Of a stretch of DNA of 62,761 nt, positions 54,461-62,761 are shown piece by piece. Below the pieces are notes generated by a model. It ran no database searches and was not told the origin of the DNA. It saw nothing but the letters and a program-made list of their open reading frames with translations. This DNA comes from Streptosporangiaceae bacterium (GTDB lineage: Bacteria > Actinomycetota > Actinomycetes > Streptosporangiales > Streptosporangiaceae): assembly GCA_050010815.1 (NCBI GenBank), contig JBEKKH010000001.1, positions 1 to 62,761 on the forward strand. The letters run 5' to 3'. Positions within the stretch are counted from its first letter, which is position 1; every line of letters begins with the position of its first letter. The position numbers and the translations under genes are program-made.

Positions 54461-55699
54461 TTAGGCGAAGGCCAGCGTGTAGCCTGCGGCGCGCAGCGCC
54501 TCGATCACGTCACCGCAGTGCTCGGGCCCGCGGGTCTCGACCTGCAGGACCACTTCAACCTCGTCGACGTGCAGTCGCGGGGCCAGCCGCTCGTGTCCGA
54601 CCTCCAGCACGTTGGCGCCCAGATCGGCCAGGTCAGCCAGGAGCTTGGCCAGCGACCCCGGGCGATCGGGCAGCCGGCAGCGGAACGCCAGGTAGCGGCC
54701 GGCCGCGGTGAGACCGTGCCGGAGCAGCTTAGACAGCAGCAGCGGGTCGATGTTACCGCCGGACAGGATCACCACCACCGGCGGGGTGAAGTCACGGGCG
54801 TGCTCGAGCAGGGCCGCCACCCCGGCCGCCCCGGCGGGCTCCACCACCTGCTTGGCCCGCTCCAGGCACAGCAGCAGGCCGCGGGACAGGCTCTCCTCCG
54901 AGATCGTGACGATCCGCTCGGCCAGGGCGGACAAGATGGCGAACGGGATCTCACCGGGCCGGCTGACCGCGATGCCGTCGGCCATGGTGGGCGTGCCGTG
55001 GACCGATACCGGGTGACCCGCCGCCAGCGAGCCCGGATACGGGGATACGGCTTCGGCCTGGACCCCCACCACGCGGATCTCCGGGTCCAGGCTCTTGACC
55101 GCCACCGCGACACCGGCCGCGAGACCGCCGCCGCCCACCGGGACCACGACGGTACGCACCTGCGGGCACTGCTCGAAGACCTCGAAGCCGAGGGTGCCCT
55201 GGCCCGCCACGATGTCCGCATGGTTGAACGGGTGGATGAAGACCGCGCCGGTGCGCTCCGAGAAGGCCAGAGCCTCAGCCAGAGCGTCTTCGACGTTGCT
55301 GCCGTGCAGGATCACCTGCGCGCCGTAACCGCGGGTCGCCTGCACCTTGGGCAGCGGCGCCCCGTGGGGCATCACCACCGTCGCCGCGCAGCCGAGCAGC
55401 CCGGCCGCGTACGCGACACCCTGAGCGTGGTTGCCCGCGCTGGCCGCGACCACGCCGCGGGCCCGTTCGGCGCTACTGAGCTTGGCGATCCGCAGGTAGG
55501 CGCCGCGAACCTTGAAAGAGCCGGTGCGTTGCAGGTTCTCGCACTTCAGGTACACCGGGCCCCCCACCGTCTCGGACAGCACCCAGGAGTGCAGCATGGG
55601 CGTGTCGGAGATCACATCATGGAGCAGCTTGCGGGCGGCGGCTACGTCATCGGAGCTGACCACGTCAGGTGTTGTTGCCACGGGATGCAAGTGTGCCAC
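54461..55699 (-). CDS. ilvA: Threonine ammonia-lyase (threonine dehydratase) with one ACT-like regulatory domain
   Basis: YLKCENLQRTGSFKVRGA PLP motif and ASAGNHAQGVA. Start is uncertain (GTG at 55699 or GTG at 55681). Confidence 0.85.
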   Translation of the reverse strand: MAHLHPVATTPDVVSSDDVAAARKLLHDVISDTPMLHSWVLSETVGGPVYLKCENLQRTGSFKVRGAYLRIAKLSSAERARGVVAASAGNHAQGVAYAAGLLGCAATVVMPHGAPLPKVQATRGYGAQVILHGSNVEDALAEALAFSERTGAVFIHPFNHADIVAGQGTLGFEVFEQCPQVRTVVVPVGGGGLAAGVAVAVKSLDPEIRVVGVQAEAVSPYPGSLAAGHPVSVHGTPTMADGIAVSRPGEIPFAILSALAERIVTISEESLSRGLLLCLERAKQVVEPAGAAGVAALLEHARDFTPPVVVILSGGNIDPLLLSKLLRHGLTAAGRYLAFRCRLPDRPGSLAKLLADLADLGANVLEVGHERLAPRLHVDEVEVVLQVETRGPEHCGDVIEALRAAGYTLAFA

Positions 55700-55795
55700 C
55701 CTCTCGCGATCCCGGCGGCCGCCGCCGCGCACAGCCTCCGGCCCGGTGCCGGGGCAGCCCGGATGCGAAGACGTACGATCACGACATACTGTCGA

Positions 55796-57262
55796 ATGGT
55801 GCAGCAACACAGCCAGCGTCATCACGCAAGTACGCCAGAGGGCGCCGACCGCGCTCAACGCACCGAGCCGCCGAGCCCCGCCACCCTGGCCGAGCTGCGA
55901 GCCAGCGGCCATGAATACCGTGGTGTCAAGGACGAGATCAGGCAGAACCTGCTCGCCCGGATGCGGGCCGGGCGCGATCCCTTTCCCGGCATCGTCGGGT
56001 TCGGGCAGACCGTCCTGCCGCACCTCGAGCGCGCGCTGATCGCCGGGCACGACATCATCCTGCTGGGCGAACGAGGCCAGGGTAAGACCCGGCTGATCCG
56101 GACCCTGGGCGGCCTGCTCGACGAGTGGACCCCGGTCGTCGCGGGCTGCGAGATCAACGACCACCCCTACTCGCCGGCCTGCGCGCGGTGCCGGCGGCTC
56201 GCCGCCGAGCTGGGTGCGGACCTGCCGGTCAGCTGGCGGCACGCCAGCGACAGATACGGCGAGAAGCTCGCTACCCCGGACACCAGCGTCGGCGACCTGA
56301 TCGGCGACATCGACCCGGTCAAGGTGGCGCAGGGGCGCACCCTCGGCGATCCGGAGACCATCCACTACGGGCTGGTGCCCAGGACCAACCGGGGCATCTT
56401 CTCCCTGAACGAGCTGCCTGACCTGGCCGAGCGGATCCAGGTGTCGCTGCTGAACGTACTGGAGGAACGCGACATCGGCATCCGCGGCTACGCACTCAGG
56501 CTCCCGCTTGACCTGCTGCTCGTGGCCAGCGCCAACCCGGAGGATTACACCAACCGGGGCCGCATCATCACCCCGCTCAAGGACAGGTTCGGCGCGGAGA
56601 TCCGCACCCACTACCCGCTGGAGCTGGCCGACGAGCTCGCCCTGATCCGGCAGGAAGCCGACATCGCGACGACCGCCGAGCTGCCCGACCACCTGGTCGA
56701 GGTGATCGCCAGGTTCACCCGGGGAGTCCGGGAATCGCCGGCCGTCGACGCACGCTCCGGGGTGTCCGCGCGGTTCGCCATCGCGGCGGCGGAAAGCGCG
56801 GCGGCCTCCGCGGTGCGCCGGTCCGCGCTGGCCGGGCTCACCGGGGAAACACCGGTCACCCGGGTCTGCGACCTGCCCGCCGTGGTCAGCACGCTCCGCG
56901 GCAAGGTGGAGTTCGAGGTCAGCGAGGAAGGCCGGGAGGAAGAGATCCTCGGCGCCCTGCTGCGGCGGGCGATCGCCGACACGTTCCGCTCACGGCTGGG
57001 CAACGTCGACCTTTCCGGTCTGCTGGCCAAGTTCGAAGAGGGCGGAACCGTGGAGTCGGGCGAGCTGGTGCCCGCCGCCGACCTGCTGCAGCGGATCGGC
57101 GAGGTCCCCGGGCTGGCCAAGATGATGGCCAGGCTCGGCATGGACGGCGGCGAATCCTTCGGCCACGCGGCCGCCGCGATCGAGTTCGCCCTGGAAGGGC
57201 TCTACCTGATGCGCCGGCTATCCAAGGACAGCGCGAGCGGCACCAACGTGTACCGGACCTGA
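55796..57262 (+). CDS. AAA+ ATPase of the Mg-chelatase (ChlI)/sigma-54-interaction-like type
   Basis: Real start is MVQQHS at 55796 within ORF 54518..57262. Walker A is GERGQGKT, with IFSLNELPDL..QVSLLNVLEERD. A Cys cluster CEINDHPYSPACARC is present. Confidence 0.8.
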   Translation: MVQQHSQRHHASTPEGADRAQRTEPPSPATLAELRASGHEYRGVKDEIRQNLLARMRAGRDPFPGIVGFGQTVLPHLERALIAGHDIILLGERGQGKTRLIRTLGGLLDEWTPVVAGCEINDHPYSPACARCRRLAAELGADLPVSWRHASDRYGEKLATPDTSVGDLIGDIDPVKVAQGRTLGDPETIHYGLVPRTNRGIFSLNELPDLAERIQVSLLNVLEERDIGIRGYALRLPLDLLLVASANPEDYTNRGRIITPLKDRFGAEIRTHYPLELADELALIRQEADIATTAELPDHLVEVIARFTRGVRESPAVDARSGVSARFAIAAAESAAASAVRRSALAGLTGETPVTRVCDLPAVVSTLRGKVEFEVSEEGREEEILGALLRRAIADTFRSRLGNVDLSGLLAKFEEGGTVESGELVPAADLLQRIGEVPGLAKMMARLGMDGGESFGHAAAAIEFALEGLYLMRRLSKDSASGTNVYRT

Positions 57263-57265
57263 CCG

Positions 57266-59290
57266 GTGGCCAACTACCGCTACGGCCGGTACACCGACGG
57301 CCCGGACCCGCTGGCGCTGCCGTACGACGTGCGCGGTGCCGTGGATGAGATGGGCGACGCGATCCTGGCCGGCGCTGACCCGGCCGACGCCCTCCGGGAC
57401 CTGCTCAGAAGGGGCCAGACCGGGCGGCGAGGGCTGGATGACCTGCTCCGGCGGGTCCGCGACAGGCAGCGGGAGGTCCGCGGCAGCGGCCGCCTCGACG
57501 GCATCCTCGAGCAGGCCCGCGCCCTGCTCGACACCGCCGTGGGGCAGGAGCGCGCCGAGCTTTTCCCCGACCCGGGCGATGAGGCCAGGCTGCGCGAAGC
57601 CGACCTGGACGCGCTGCCCGCCGATACGGCCCAGGCGATCAGGCAGCTGGCCGACTACGACTGGCGCTCGGCCGCGGCCCGCCAGACCTTCGACCGGCTG
57701 AAGGACCTGCTGCGCAGCGAGGTGCTCGACAGCCAGTTCCGCGGCATGAAGCAGGTCATGCAGAACCCCGACCCGCAGGCGATGCAGCGGGTCAAGGACA
57801 TGCTCGCGGACCTGAACCAGATGCTGGCGGCGGATGCGCGCGGTGAGCATACCCCGGCCGACTTCGAGCGCTTCATGGACCGTCACGGTGAGCTGTTCCC
57901 CGACCACCCGCAGAACCTCGAAGAGCTGGTCGACTCCCTGATCAGCCGGATGGCGGCGGCCGAACGGCTGCTGCGCTCGCTCAGTCAGGAACAGCGCGAG
58001 GAGCTCGCCGGGCTGATGGCCAGCGCCATGGACGACGCGGGCCTGGCCGCCGAGATGGCCAGGCTGGCCGACGCGCTCAGGTCCAGGCGCCCCGAACTCG
58101 ACCGGGCCGACCTGGCCGGCGGCGTCCAGATGTCCGGTACCGAACCGCTCGGCCTGGGGGACGCCACCACGGCGCTGGCCGAACTCGCCGACCTGGCCGA
58201 ACTGGAATCGGCGCTCGGCCAGGACTACCCGGGCGCGAGTTTGGACGACATCGACGAAGAGGCGGTCAGGCGGGCCTTCGGCCGGCAGGCGGTGGACGAC
58301 GTCGAGGCCCTGCGCCGGATCGAGCGCGAGCTGGAACGGCAGGGCTACCTGGCCCGCAGCGGCGGGCAGCTCGAGCTCACCCCCAAGGCCGTACGCAGGC
58401 TGGGCGACACGGCGCTGCGCCGGATCTTCGCCGACCTGAGCTTCGGCAGCCGGTCCGGCGACCATGACCAGCGGGACGCCGGCCAGGCGGGCGAGCTGAC
58501 CGGCACCACCCGCCCCTGGGAGTTCGGCGACGAGCAGGCCCTCGACGTCCCCGCCACCGTCCGCAATGCTGTCCTGCGCGGCGGGCCCCCCAGGGGGGTA
58601 CGAGGGGGCGGGCAGCCCCCCCGTGAGCAGGGGGGGTCTGGGGGGGATCGTCCCCCCGGGGCAATACAGCTCACCGCGGCGGACTTCGAGGTGGCGGAGA
58701 CCGAGCGGCGGACCGCCGCGGTCGTCTCCCTGCTGGTCGACCTGTCCTACTCCATGCAGCTGCGCGGGACCTGGGCCGCGGCCAAGCAAACGGCACTCGC
58801 GCTGCACGCGCTGCTGCGCAGCAAATACCCCCAGGACGCCGTCCAGGTCATCGGCTTTTCCAACTACGCACGCGAACTGCACGAGGCGGAGCTCGCTGGG
58901 CTCGGCTGGGACATGGTGCAGGGCACCAACCTGCACCACGCGCTGCTGCTGGCCGGACGCCACATCGACAAGCACCCCGAGCACGAGCCGGTCGTCCTGA
59001 TCGTGACGGACGGCGAGCCGACGGCGCACCTGCAGCGCGACGGACGGTCATGGTTCGATTGGCCGCCGTCGCCCGAAACGCTTGAACTCACCCTGGCCGA
59101 GGTCGATAAGATGACCCGCAGGCACGCTGCGCTGAATATTTTCATGCTGGCTGACGACGCCAGGCTCAGTGCGTTCGTTGACAATGTAGCGAGGAGAAAC
59201 GGTGGCCGCGTGCTGCAGGCGGCGCCCGAACATCTCGGTGAGTATGTCATCCGGGACTTCCTACGCACCCGCGGCGCCAGTCGAAGGTAG
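57266..59290 (+). CDS. von Willebrand factor A (vWA) domain protein, partner of the AAA+ ATPase
   Basis: A long helical N-region, then the MIDAS motif VSLLVDLSYSM and later LIVTDGEPT. Its start lies 3 nt after the ATPase stop. Confidence 0.8.
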   Translation: MANYRYGRYTDGPDPLALPYDVRGAVDEMGDAILAGADPADALRDLLRRGQTGRRGLDDLLRRVRDRQREVRGSGRLDGILEQARALLDTAVGQERAELFPDPGDEARLREADLDALPADTAQAIRQLADYDWRSAAARQTFDRLKDLLRSEVLDSQFRGMKQVMQNPDPQAMQRVKDMLADLNQMLAADARGEHTPADFERFMDRHGELFPDHPQNLEELVDSLISRMAAAERLLRSLSQEQREELAGLMASAMDDAGLAAEMARLADALRSRRPELDRADLAGGVQMSGTEPLGLGDATTALAELADLAELESALGQDYPGASLDDIDEEAVRRAFGRQAVDDVEALRRIERELERQGYLARSGGQLELTPKAVRRLGDTALRRIFADLSFGSRSGDHDQRDAGQAGELTGTTRPWEFGDEQALDVPATVRNAVLRGGPPRGVRGGGQPPREQGGSGGDRPPGAIQLTAADFEVAETERRTAAVVSLLVDLSYSMQLRGTWAAAKQTALALHALLRSKYPQDAVQVIGFSNYARELHEAELAGLGWDMVQGTNLHHALLLAGRHIDKHPEHEPVVLIVTDGEPTAHLQRDGRSWFDWPPSPETLELTLAEVDKMTRRHAALNIFMLADDARLSAFVDNVARRNGGRVLQAAPEHLGEYVIRDFLRTRGASRR

Positions 59291-59401
59291 ATTTTCCTAG
59301 TCGGCTGGGACCCTGGGCTTGGTGCGGCCGGCCGGCCTCGGGCGGCCGCATCCGGCCGGCAACTAACGGAGCTTTACCGCATGCCCAAACCAGGAGGAAT
59401 C

Positions 59402-59710
59402 GTGAGTTCTACGAGCGGATCGGTCGAGAGGTCGTCGGGTAAGACGATACTCGCCGCAATTCTCGGCATCATCGCCCTGATTTTCATCGTGGTGGCCGTC
59501 ATCTACCTGGCCGAACCGGCCAAATCGCTGCCCAGCTTCATCCCCGGGCACATCGCCGGCTCTAGCGGTCATCACCCGCTTAAGGCGACTGGCTCGTTCG
59601 TCGTGGGCATTGTCTTCGCGGTCGGTGCCTGGTTCGCCCTCGCCTACAAGCCCAAGCCGCAGGCCCCGGCCGCCAGCGACGTGGAGAACTCGCCCGCTGC
59701 CCGGAACTGA
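59402..59710 (+). CDS. Small two-TM membrane protein
   Basis: The GTG at 59402 lies 5 nt after AGGAGG. Helices ILAAILGIIALIFIVVAVIYL and FVVGIVFAVGAWFALAY. Confidence 0.6.
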   Translation: MSSTSGSVERSSGKTILAAILGIIALIFIVVAVIYLAEPAKSLPSFIPGHIAGSSGHHPLKATGSFVVGIVFAVGAWFALAYKPKPQAPAASDVENSPAARN

Positions 59711-59717
59711 CACCGTC

Positions 59718-59761
59718 GGCGCCCGCGCCCGCTGTCGCGGGACGCGGGCGCTTTGGGTGTT
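59718..59761 (+). terminator. Intrinsic terminator (bidirectional position)
   Basis: GGCGCCCGCGCCCGC-TGTC-GCGGGACGCGGGCGC followed by TTTGGGTGTT. Sits between the membrane-protein stop and the convergent metB stop. Confidence 0.75.
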
Positions 59762-60914
59762 ACCGGCTTTCCAGGGCCTGGCGCAGGTCATGAATCAGGT
59801 CGTCGCAGTCCTCGATGCCGACCGACAGCCTGACCAGGTCGGCCGGGACCTCCAGGGCTGAGCCGGTCACCGAGGCGTGCGTCATCCGGCCAGGGTGCTC
59901 GATCAGCGATTCCACCCCGCCGAGCGACTCGGCCAGGGTGAACAGCCGGGTGCGGCCGCATGTGCGCACCGCAGCGTCGGCGCCGGCCAGCATCCGGAAC
60001 GACACCATGCCGCCGAACGCCCGCATCTGTTCCTGGGCCGTCTTGTGACCTGGGTGCGAGGACAGGCCCGGGTAGAACACCTCGGCGACGGCCGGGTGTT
60101 CGGCCAGCATCTGCGCGATCCGCATCGCGTTCCGGCAGTGCCGGTCCATCCGTATCGCCAGCGTCCGCAGGCCGCGCAGCGTCAGCCACGAGTCGAACGG
60201 CCCGGCCACGGCGCCGGTCGCATTCTGCGTGAACGCGACCTGCTCGCCGAGCTCGGCGTCGGCGACGACCACCGCCCCGCCGATGACATCGGAATGCCCG
60301 CCCAGGTACTTGGTCGTGGAGTGCACCACGGCATCGGCTCCCAGGGTGAGCGGCTGCTGCAGGTACGGCGAGGCGAACGTGTTGTCCACCACCAGCATCG
60401 CCCCGGCCTCGTGCGCGGCCTGCGCCAGGGCGCGGATGTCGGCGATGTTCAGCAGCGGGTTCGTCGGCGTCTCCGCCCAGACCACCTTGACCGGCCGGGC
60501 CGCGAGCTGCTCGCGCACCGCGGCGAGGTCGGAAAGGGCCACCACGCTGTAGGTCAGCCCCCAGCCGGCCAGCACCCGGGCGAATAGCCGGTAGGTGCCG
60601 CCGTATGCGTCGTCGGGGATGAGCACGTGATCGCCAGGGGAGCACACCGTCCGGAGCAGGCAATCCTCCGCCGCCATCCCGGAGGCGAAGGCCAGCGCGC
60701 CGGCCCCCTCCTCCAGCGCGGTCAGGCACTGCTCAAGCGCGGTCCTGGTGGGGTTGGCGGAACGGGCGTATTCGTAGCCGCCACGCAGCCCGCCGACCCC
60801 GTCCTGCTTGAACGTGGACACCTGGTAGATGGGCGGAACCACGGCCCCGGTCAGCGGGTCAGGCTCCTGGCCCGCGTGAATGGCCAGGGTCTCGAACCCG
60901 TCTAGGCTGGTCAT
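59760..60914 (-). CDS. metB: Cystathionine gamma-synthase/gamma-lyase (Cys/Met PLP family)
   Basis: Real start is MTSLDGFETLAIHAGQ (ATG at 60914). PLP motif HSTTKYLGGHSD. Confidence 0.85.
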   Translation of the reverse strand: MTSLDGFETLAIHAGQEPDPLTGAVVPPIYQVSTFKQDGVGGLRGGYEYARSANPTRTALEQCLTALEEGAGALAFASGMAAEDCLLRTVCSPGDHVLIPDDAYGGTYRLFARVLAGWGLTYSVVALSDLAAVREQLAARPVKVVWAETPTNPLLNIADIRALAQAAHEAGAMLVVDNTFASPYLQQPLTLGADAVVHSTTKYLGGHSDVIGGAVVVADAELGEQVAFTQNATGAVAGPFDSWLTLRGLRTLAIRMDRHCRNAMRIAQMLAEHPAVAEVFYPGLSSHPGHKTAQEQMRAFGGMVSFRMLAGADAAVRTCGRTRLFTLAESLGGVESLIEHPGRMTHASVTGSALEVPADLVRLSVGIEDCDDLIHDLRQALESR

Positions 60915-60961
60915 GGCGGCGTGCCTTTCTTGATGTTCCGGCGTAGGGGTGGCACTGGCGG

Positions 60962-62338
60962 TCAGCTGCTTGCGGCCAGGAAGGTCAGCACGTCCTGCCG
61001 GGTGAGCAGCCCGGAAGGCTTGCCGTCCACGTGCACCACGGCGGCTCCGGCCTTCTCCAGGGCGAGCACCGCGCGCGAGACCGGCTCGCCCGAGCCGACG
61101 CTGGGCAGCGGCGGCGACATGTGCCCGCCCACCGGGTCCGCGGGCGTGGCCCGGCCGGCCACCAGGGCGTCGAGCAGGTCGCGTTCCACCACCGACCCGA
61201 CCACCTCGGCGGCCATCACCGGCGGCTCCTCCTTGACCACGGGCAGCTGGGAGACGTCGTACTCGCGCAGCAGCGCGATGGCCGCGCCGACGCTTTCTTC
61301 CGGGTGCACATGCACGAACTCGGGCAGGCTGCGCTCTTTCCTCGCCAGCACGTCGGCCACCAGCGGTTCTGAGGTCTGCGCGGACAAGAAGCCGTAGTCG
61401 GCCATCCACTCGTCGTTGAAGATCTTGGCGAGGTAACCACGGCCGCCGTCCGGCAGCAGCACCACGACCACGGCGTCAGGCCCGGCCGCCGCCGCGACCC
61501 GCAGCGCAGCCGCGGCCGCGAGGCCCGACGAGCCGCCGGTCAGCAGCGCTTCCTCGCGGGCCAGCCGCCGGGTCATACCGAACGACTCCGCGTCGCTGAT
61601 CGCGATGACCTCGTCGCAGACGGACGGATCATAGGTAGCCGGCCAGATGTCCTCGCCCACGCCCTCCACCAGATAGGGGCGCCCGGATCCGCCGGAGTAG
61701 ACCGAACCCTCGGGATCGGCGCCGATGATCCGCACCGCCCCGGCCGAGATCTCCTTCAGGTACCGGCCGGTGCCCGTGATGGTGCCGCCGGTGCCGATGC
61801 CGGCCACGAAGTGGGTCACCGTGCCGTCCGTTTGCGACCAGACCTCCGGACCCGTGGTCGCGTAATGCGAGGCCGGGTTCTGCGCGTTCGCGTACTGGTC
61901 GGGTTGCCAGCCGCCAGGCGTCTCGGCGGCCAGGCGGCGAGCGACGCTGTAATAAGAGTCGGGATGGTCGGGCGCGACCGTGCCGGGACAGACCACCACG
62001 TCAGCGCCGTAGGCGCGCAGCACGCCGATCTTGTCCTGCCCTACCTTGTCGGGGCAGACGAAGACGCACCGGTATCCGCGCTCCGCCGCGACGATGGCGA
62101 GTCCGACCCCGGTATTGCCCGAGGTGGGCTCGACGATCGTCCCGCCGGGCCGCAGTTCTCCAGCCGCCTCGGCGGCGGCGATCATCCGCATCGCGATACG
62201 GTCCTTGACCGACCCGCCCGGGTTGAAGTACTCCACCTTGGCGAGCACCGTGGCCCCGGGGATACCCCTGGTCACCGACCGCAGCCGGATCAACGGGGTG
62301 TTCCCGACCAGATCGCTCAGTGAGTCATGCACCTGCAT
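60962..62338 (-). CDS. cbs: Cystathionine beta-synthase (PLP domain plus tandem CBS domains)
   Basis: Real start is MQVHDSLSDLVGNTPLIRL (ATG at 62338). Motifs GGSVKDR and EPTSGNTG, with a C-terminal CBS pair. Confidence 0.85.
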   Translation of the reverse strand: MQVHDSLSDLVGNTPLIRLRSVTRGIPGATVLAKVEYFNPGGSVKDRIAMRMIAAAEAAGELRPGGTIVEPTSGNTGVGLAIVAAERGYRCVFVCPDKVGQDKIGVLRAYGADVVVCPGTVAPDHPDSYYSVARRLAAETPGGWQPDQYANAQNPASHYATTGPEVWSQTDGTVTHFVAGIGTGGTITGTGRYLKEISAGAVRIIGADPEGSVYSGGSGRPYLVEGVGEDIWPATYDPSVCDEVIAISDAESFGMTRRLAREEALLTGGSSGLAAAAALRVAAAAGPDAVVVVLLPDGGRGYLAKIFNDEWMADYGFLSAQTSEPLVADVLARKERSLPEFVHVHPEESVGAAIALLREYDVSQLPVVKEEPPVMAAEVVGSVVERDLLDALVAGRATPADPVGGHMSPPLPSVGSGEPVSRAVLALEKAGAAVVHVDGKPSGLLTRQDVLTFLAASS

Positions 62339-62480
62339 GGTTGTTCCTCTTCCTGGCCTGGTGGGGCAAGCCTCGCGGGTCCGGACCGAGGCTACCGGAT
62401 TCCCGGCCGCCTGACCCGCGGGCGGCAGGTTCCCGCCAGCGACATAGTCTGGATGCACCCTATGCGAGGAGGATCTTGTC

Positions 62481-62761
62481 ATGCCCGAAGCAGTGATCGT
62501 CGCCACCGCACGGTCGCCGATTGGCCGGGCCGGCAAGGGCGCCCTCGCCAGTATCCGCCCGGACGACCTGACCGCGCAGATCGTGGCCGCGGCGCTGGCC
62601 AAGGTACCGCAGCTCGATCCCGCCGACATCAGCGACCTCATGCTCGGCTGCGGCCTGCCCGGCGGTGAGCAGGGGTTCAACCTGGCCCGCGTGGTCGCGG
62701 TGCTGTCCGGGCACGACCACCTGCCCGGTACGACCGTCAACCGGTACTGCTCCTCGTCGCT
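62481..62761 (+). CDS. Acetyl-CoA C-acetyltransferase (thiolase), 5' end only; continues past the right edge
   Basis: MPEAVIVATARSPIGRAGKGALASIRPDDL...TVNRYCSSS includes the thiolase active-site Cys motif. RBS is GAGGAGGA. Confidence 0.85.
   Translation, partial: MPEAVIVATARSPIGRAGKGALASIRPDDLTAQIVAAALAKVPQLDPADISDLMLGCGLPGGEQGFNLARVVAVLSGHDHLPGTTVNRYCSSS

Noticed and set aside
57218-59029. 603-aa minus ORF opposite the vWA gene
   Set aside because: Antisense artefact with no motifs. The plus strand carries the MIDAS motif and is translationally linked to the ATPase.
59760-62740. Extensions of ORFs 59760..61409 and 60962..62740
   Set aside because: The real proteins (metB-like from 60914, cbs from 62338) start at conserved N-termini. 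The extensions overlap the upstream gene or intergenic DNA.

Overview
High-GC actinobacterial chromosomal window; gene content and order look like Streptosporangiales or Streptomyces, but I cannot name the species. It is densely coding on both strands, and I support about 55 protein genes.

Main content, left to right:
- **Heat-shock and cold-shock genes (1-10.6 kb):** groEL 5' end with two CIRCE operators, cspA, and lon with a perfect HAIR (HspR) operator.
- **Sulfur metabolism:** a SAM-I riboswitch drives a threonine-synthase-like enzyme plus a MoaD/ThiS sulfur carrier. cbs and metB sit at the right edge.
- **Trehalose genes and an S8 protein:** otsA, otsB, a DUF3263 gene, and a mycosin-like S8 protein whose catalytic residues look substituted.
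- **Decayed zone (11-16.4 kb):** gene fragments mixed with the intact genes of a split L-fucose/sugar-acid locus. That locus comprises a lactonase-like amidohydrolase, a Zn-ADH, an SDR, an ABC importer, fucD, an aldo/keto reductase and a GntR regulator.
- **Drug-efflux cassette and DNA-processing genes:** a TetR-DrrAB-SDR cassette flanked by a decayed segmental duplication, then folB and a RecQ helicase fused to a ComF-like phosphoribosyltransferase domain.
- **Housekeeping block:** rhodanese, serS, a SWIM + SNF2 helicase pair, mca, greA, an MFS/TetR pair and murJ.
- **Signalling cluster (46-52 kb):** a Ser/Thr kinase, two FHA proteins (one fused to a flavin monooxygenase) and two membrane proteins.
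- **Right end:** lrp-hppD, ilvA, an AAA ATPase + vWA pair, and a thiolase 5' end.

I found no rRNA, tRNA, CRISPR array, transposase or integrase.

The best candidate for an undescribed system is the 46-52 kb kinase/FHA/flavoenzyme/membrane cluster beside murJ. Secondary candidates are the riboswitch-controlled sulfur-carrier pair, the RecQ-ComF fusion, the pseudo-mycosin with a long proline-rich tail, and the AAA-vWA pair.

All homology calls are by-eye motif recognition. No searches were run.
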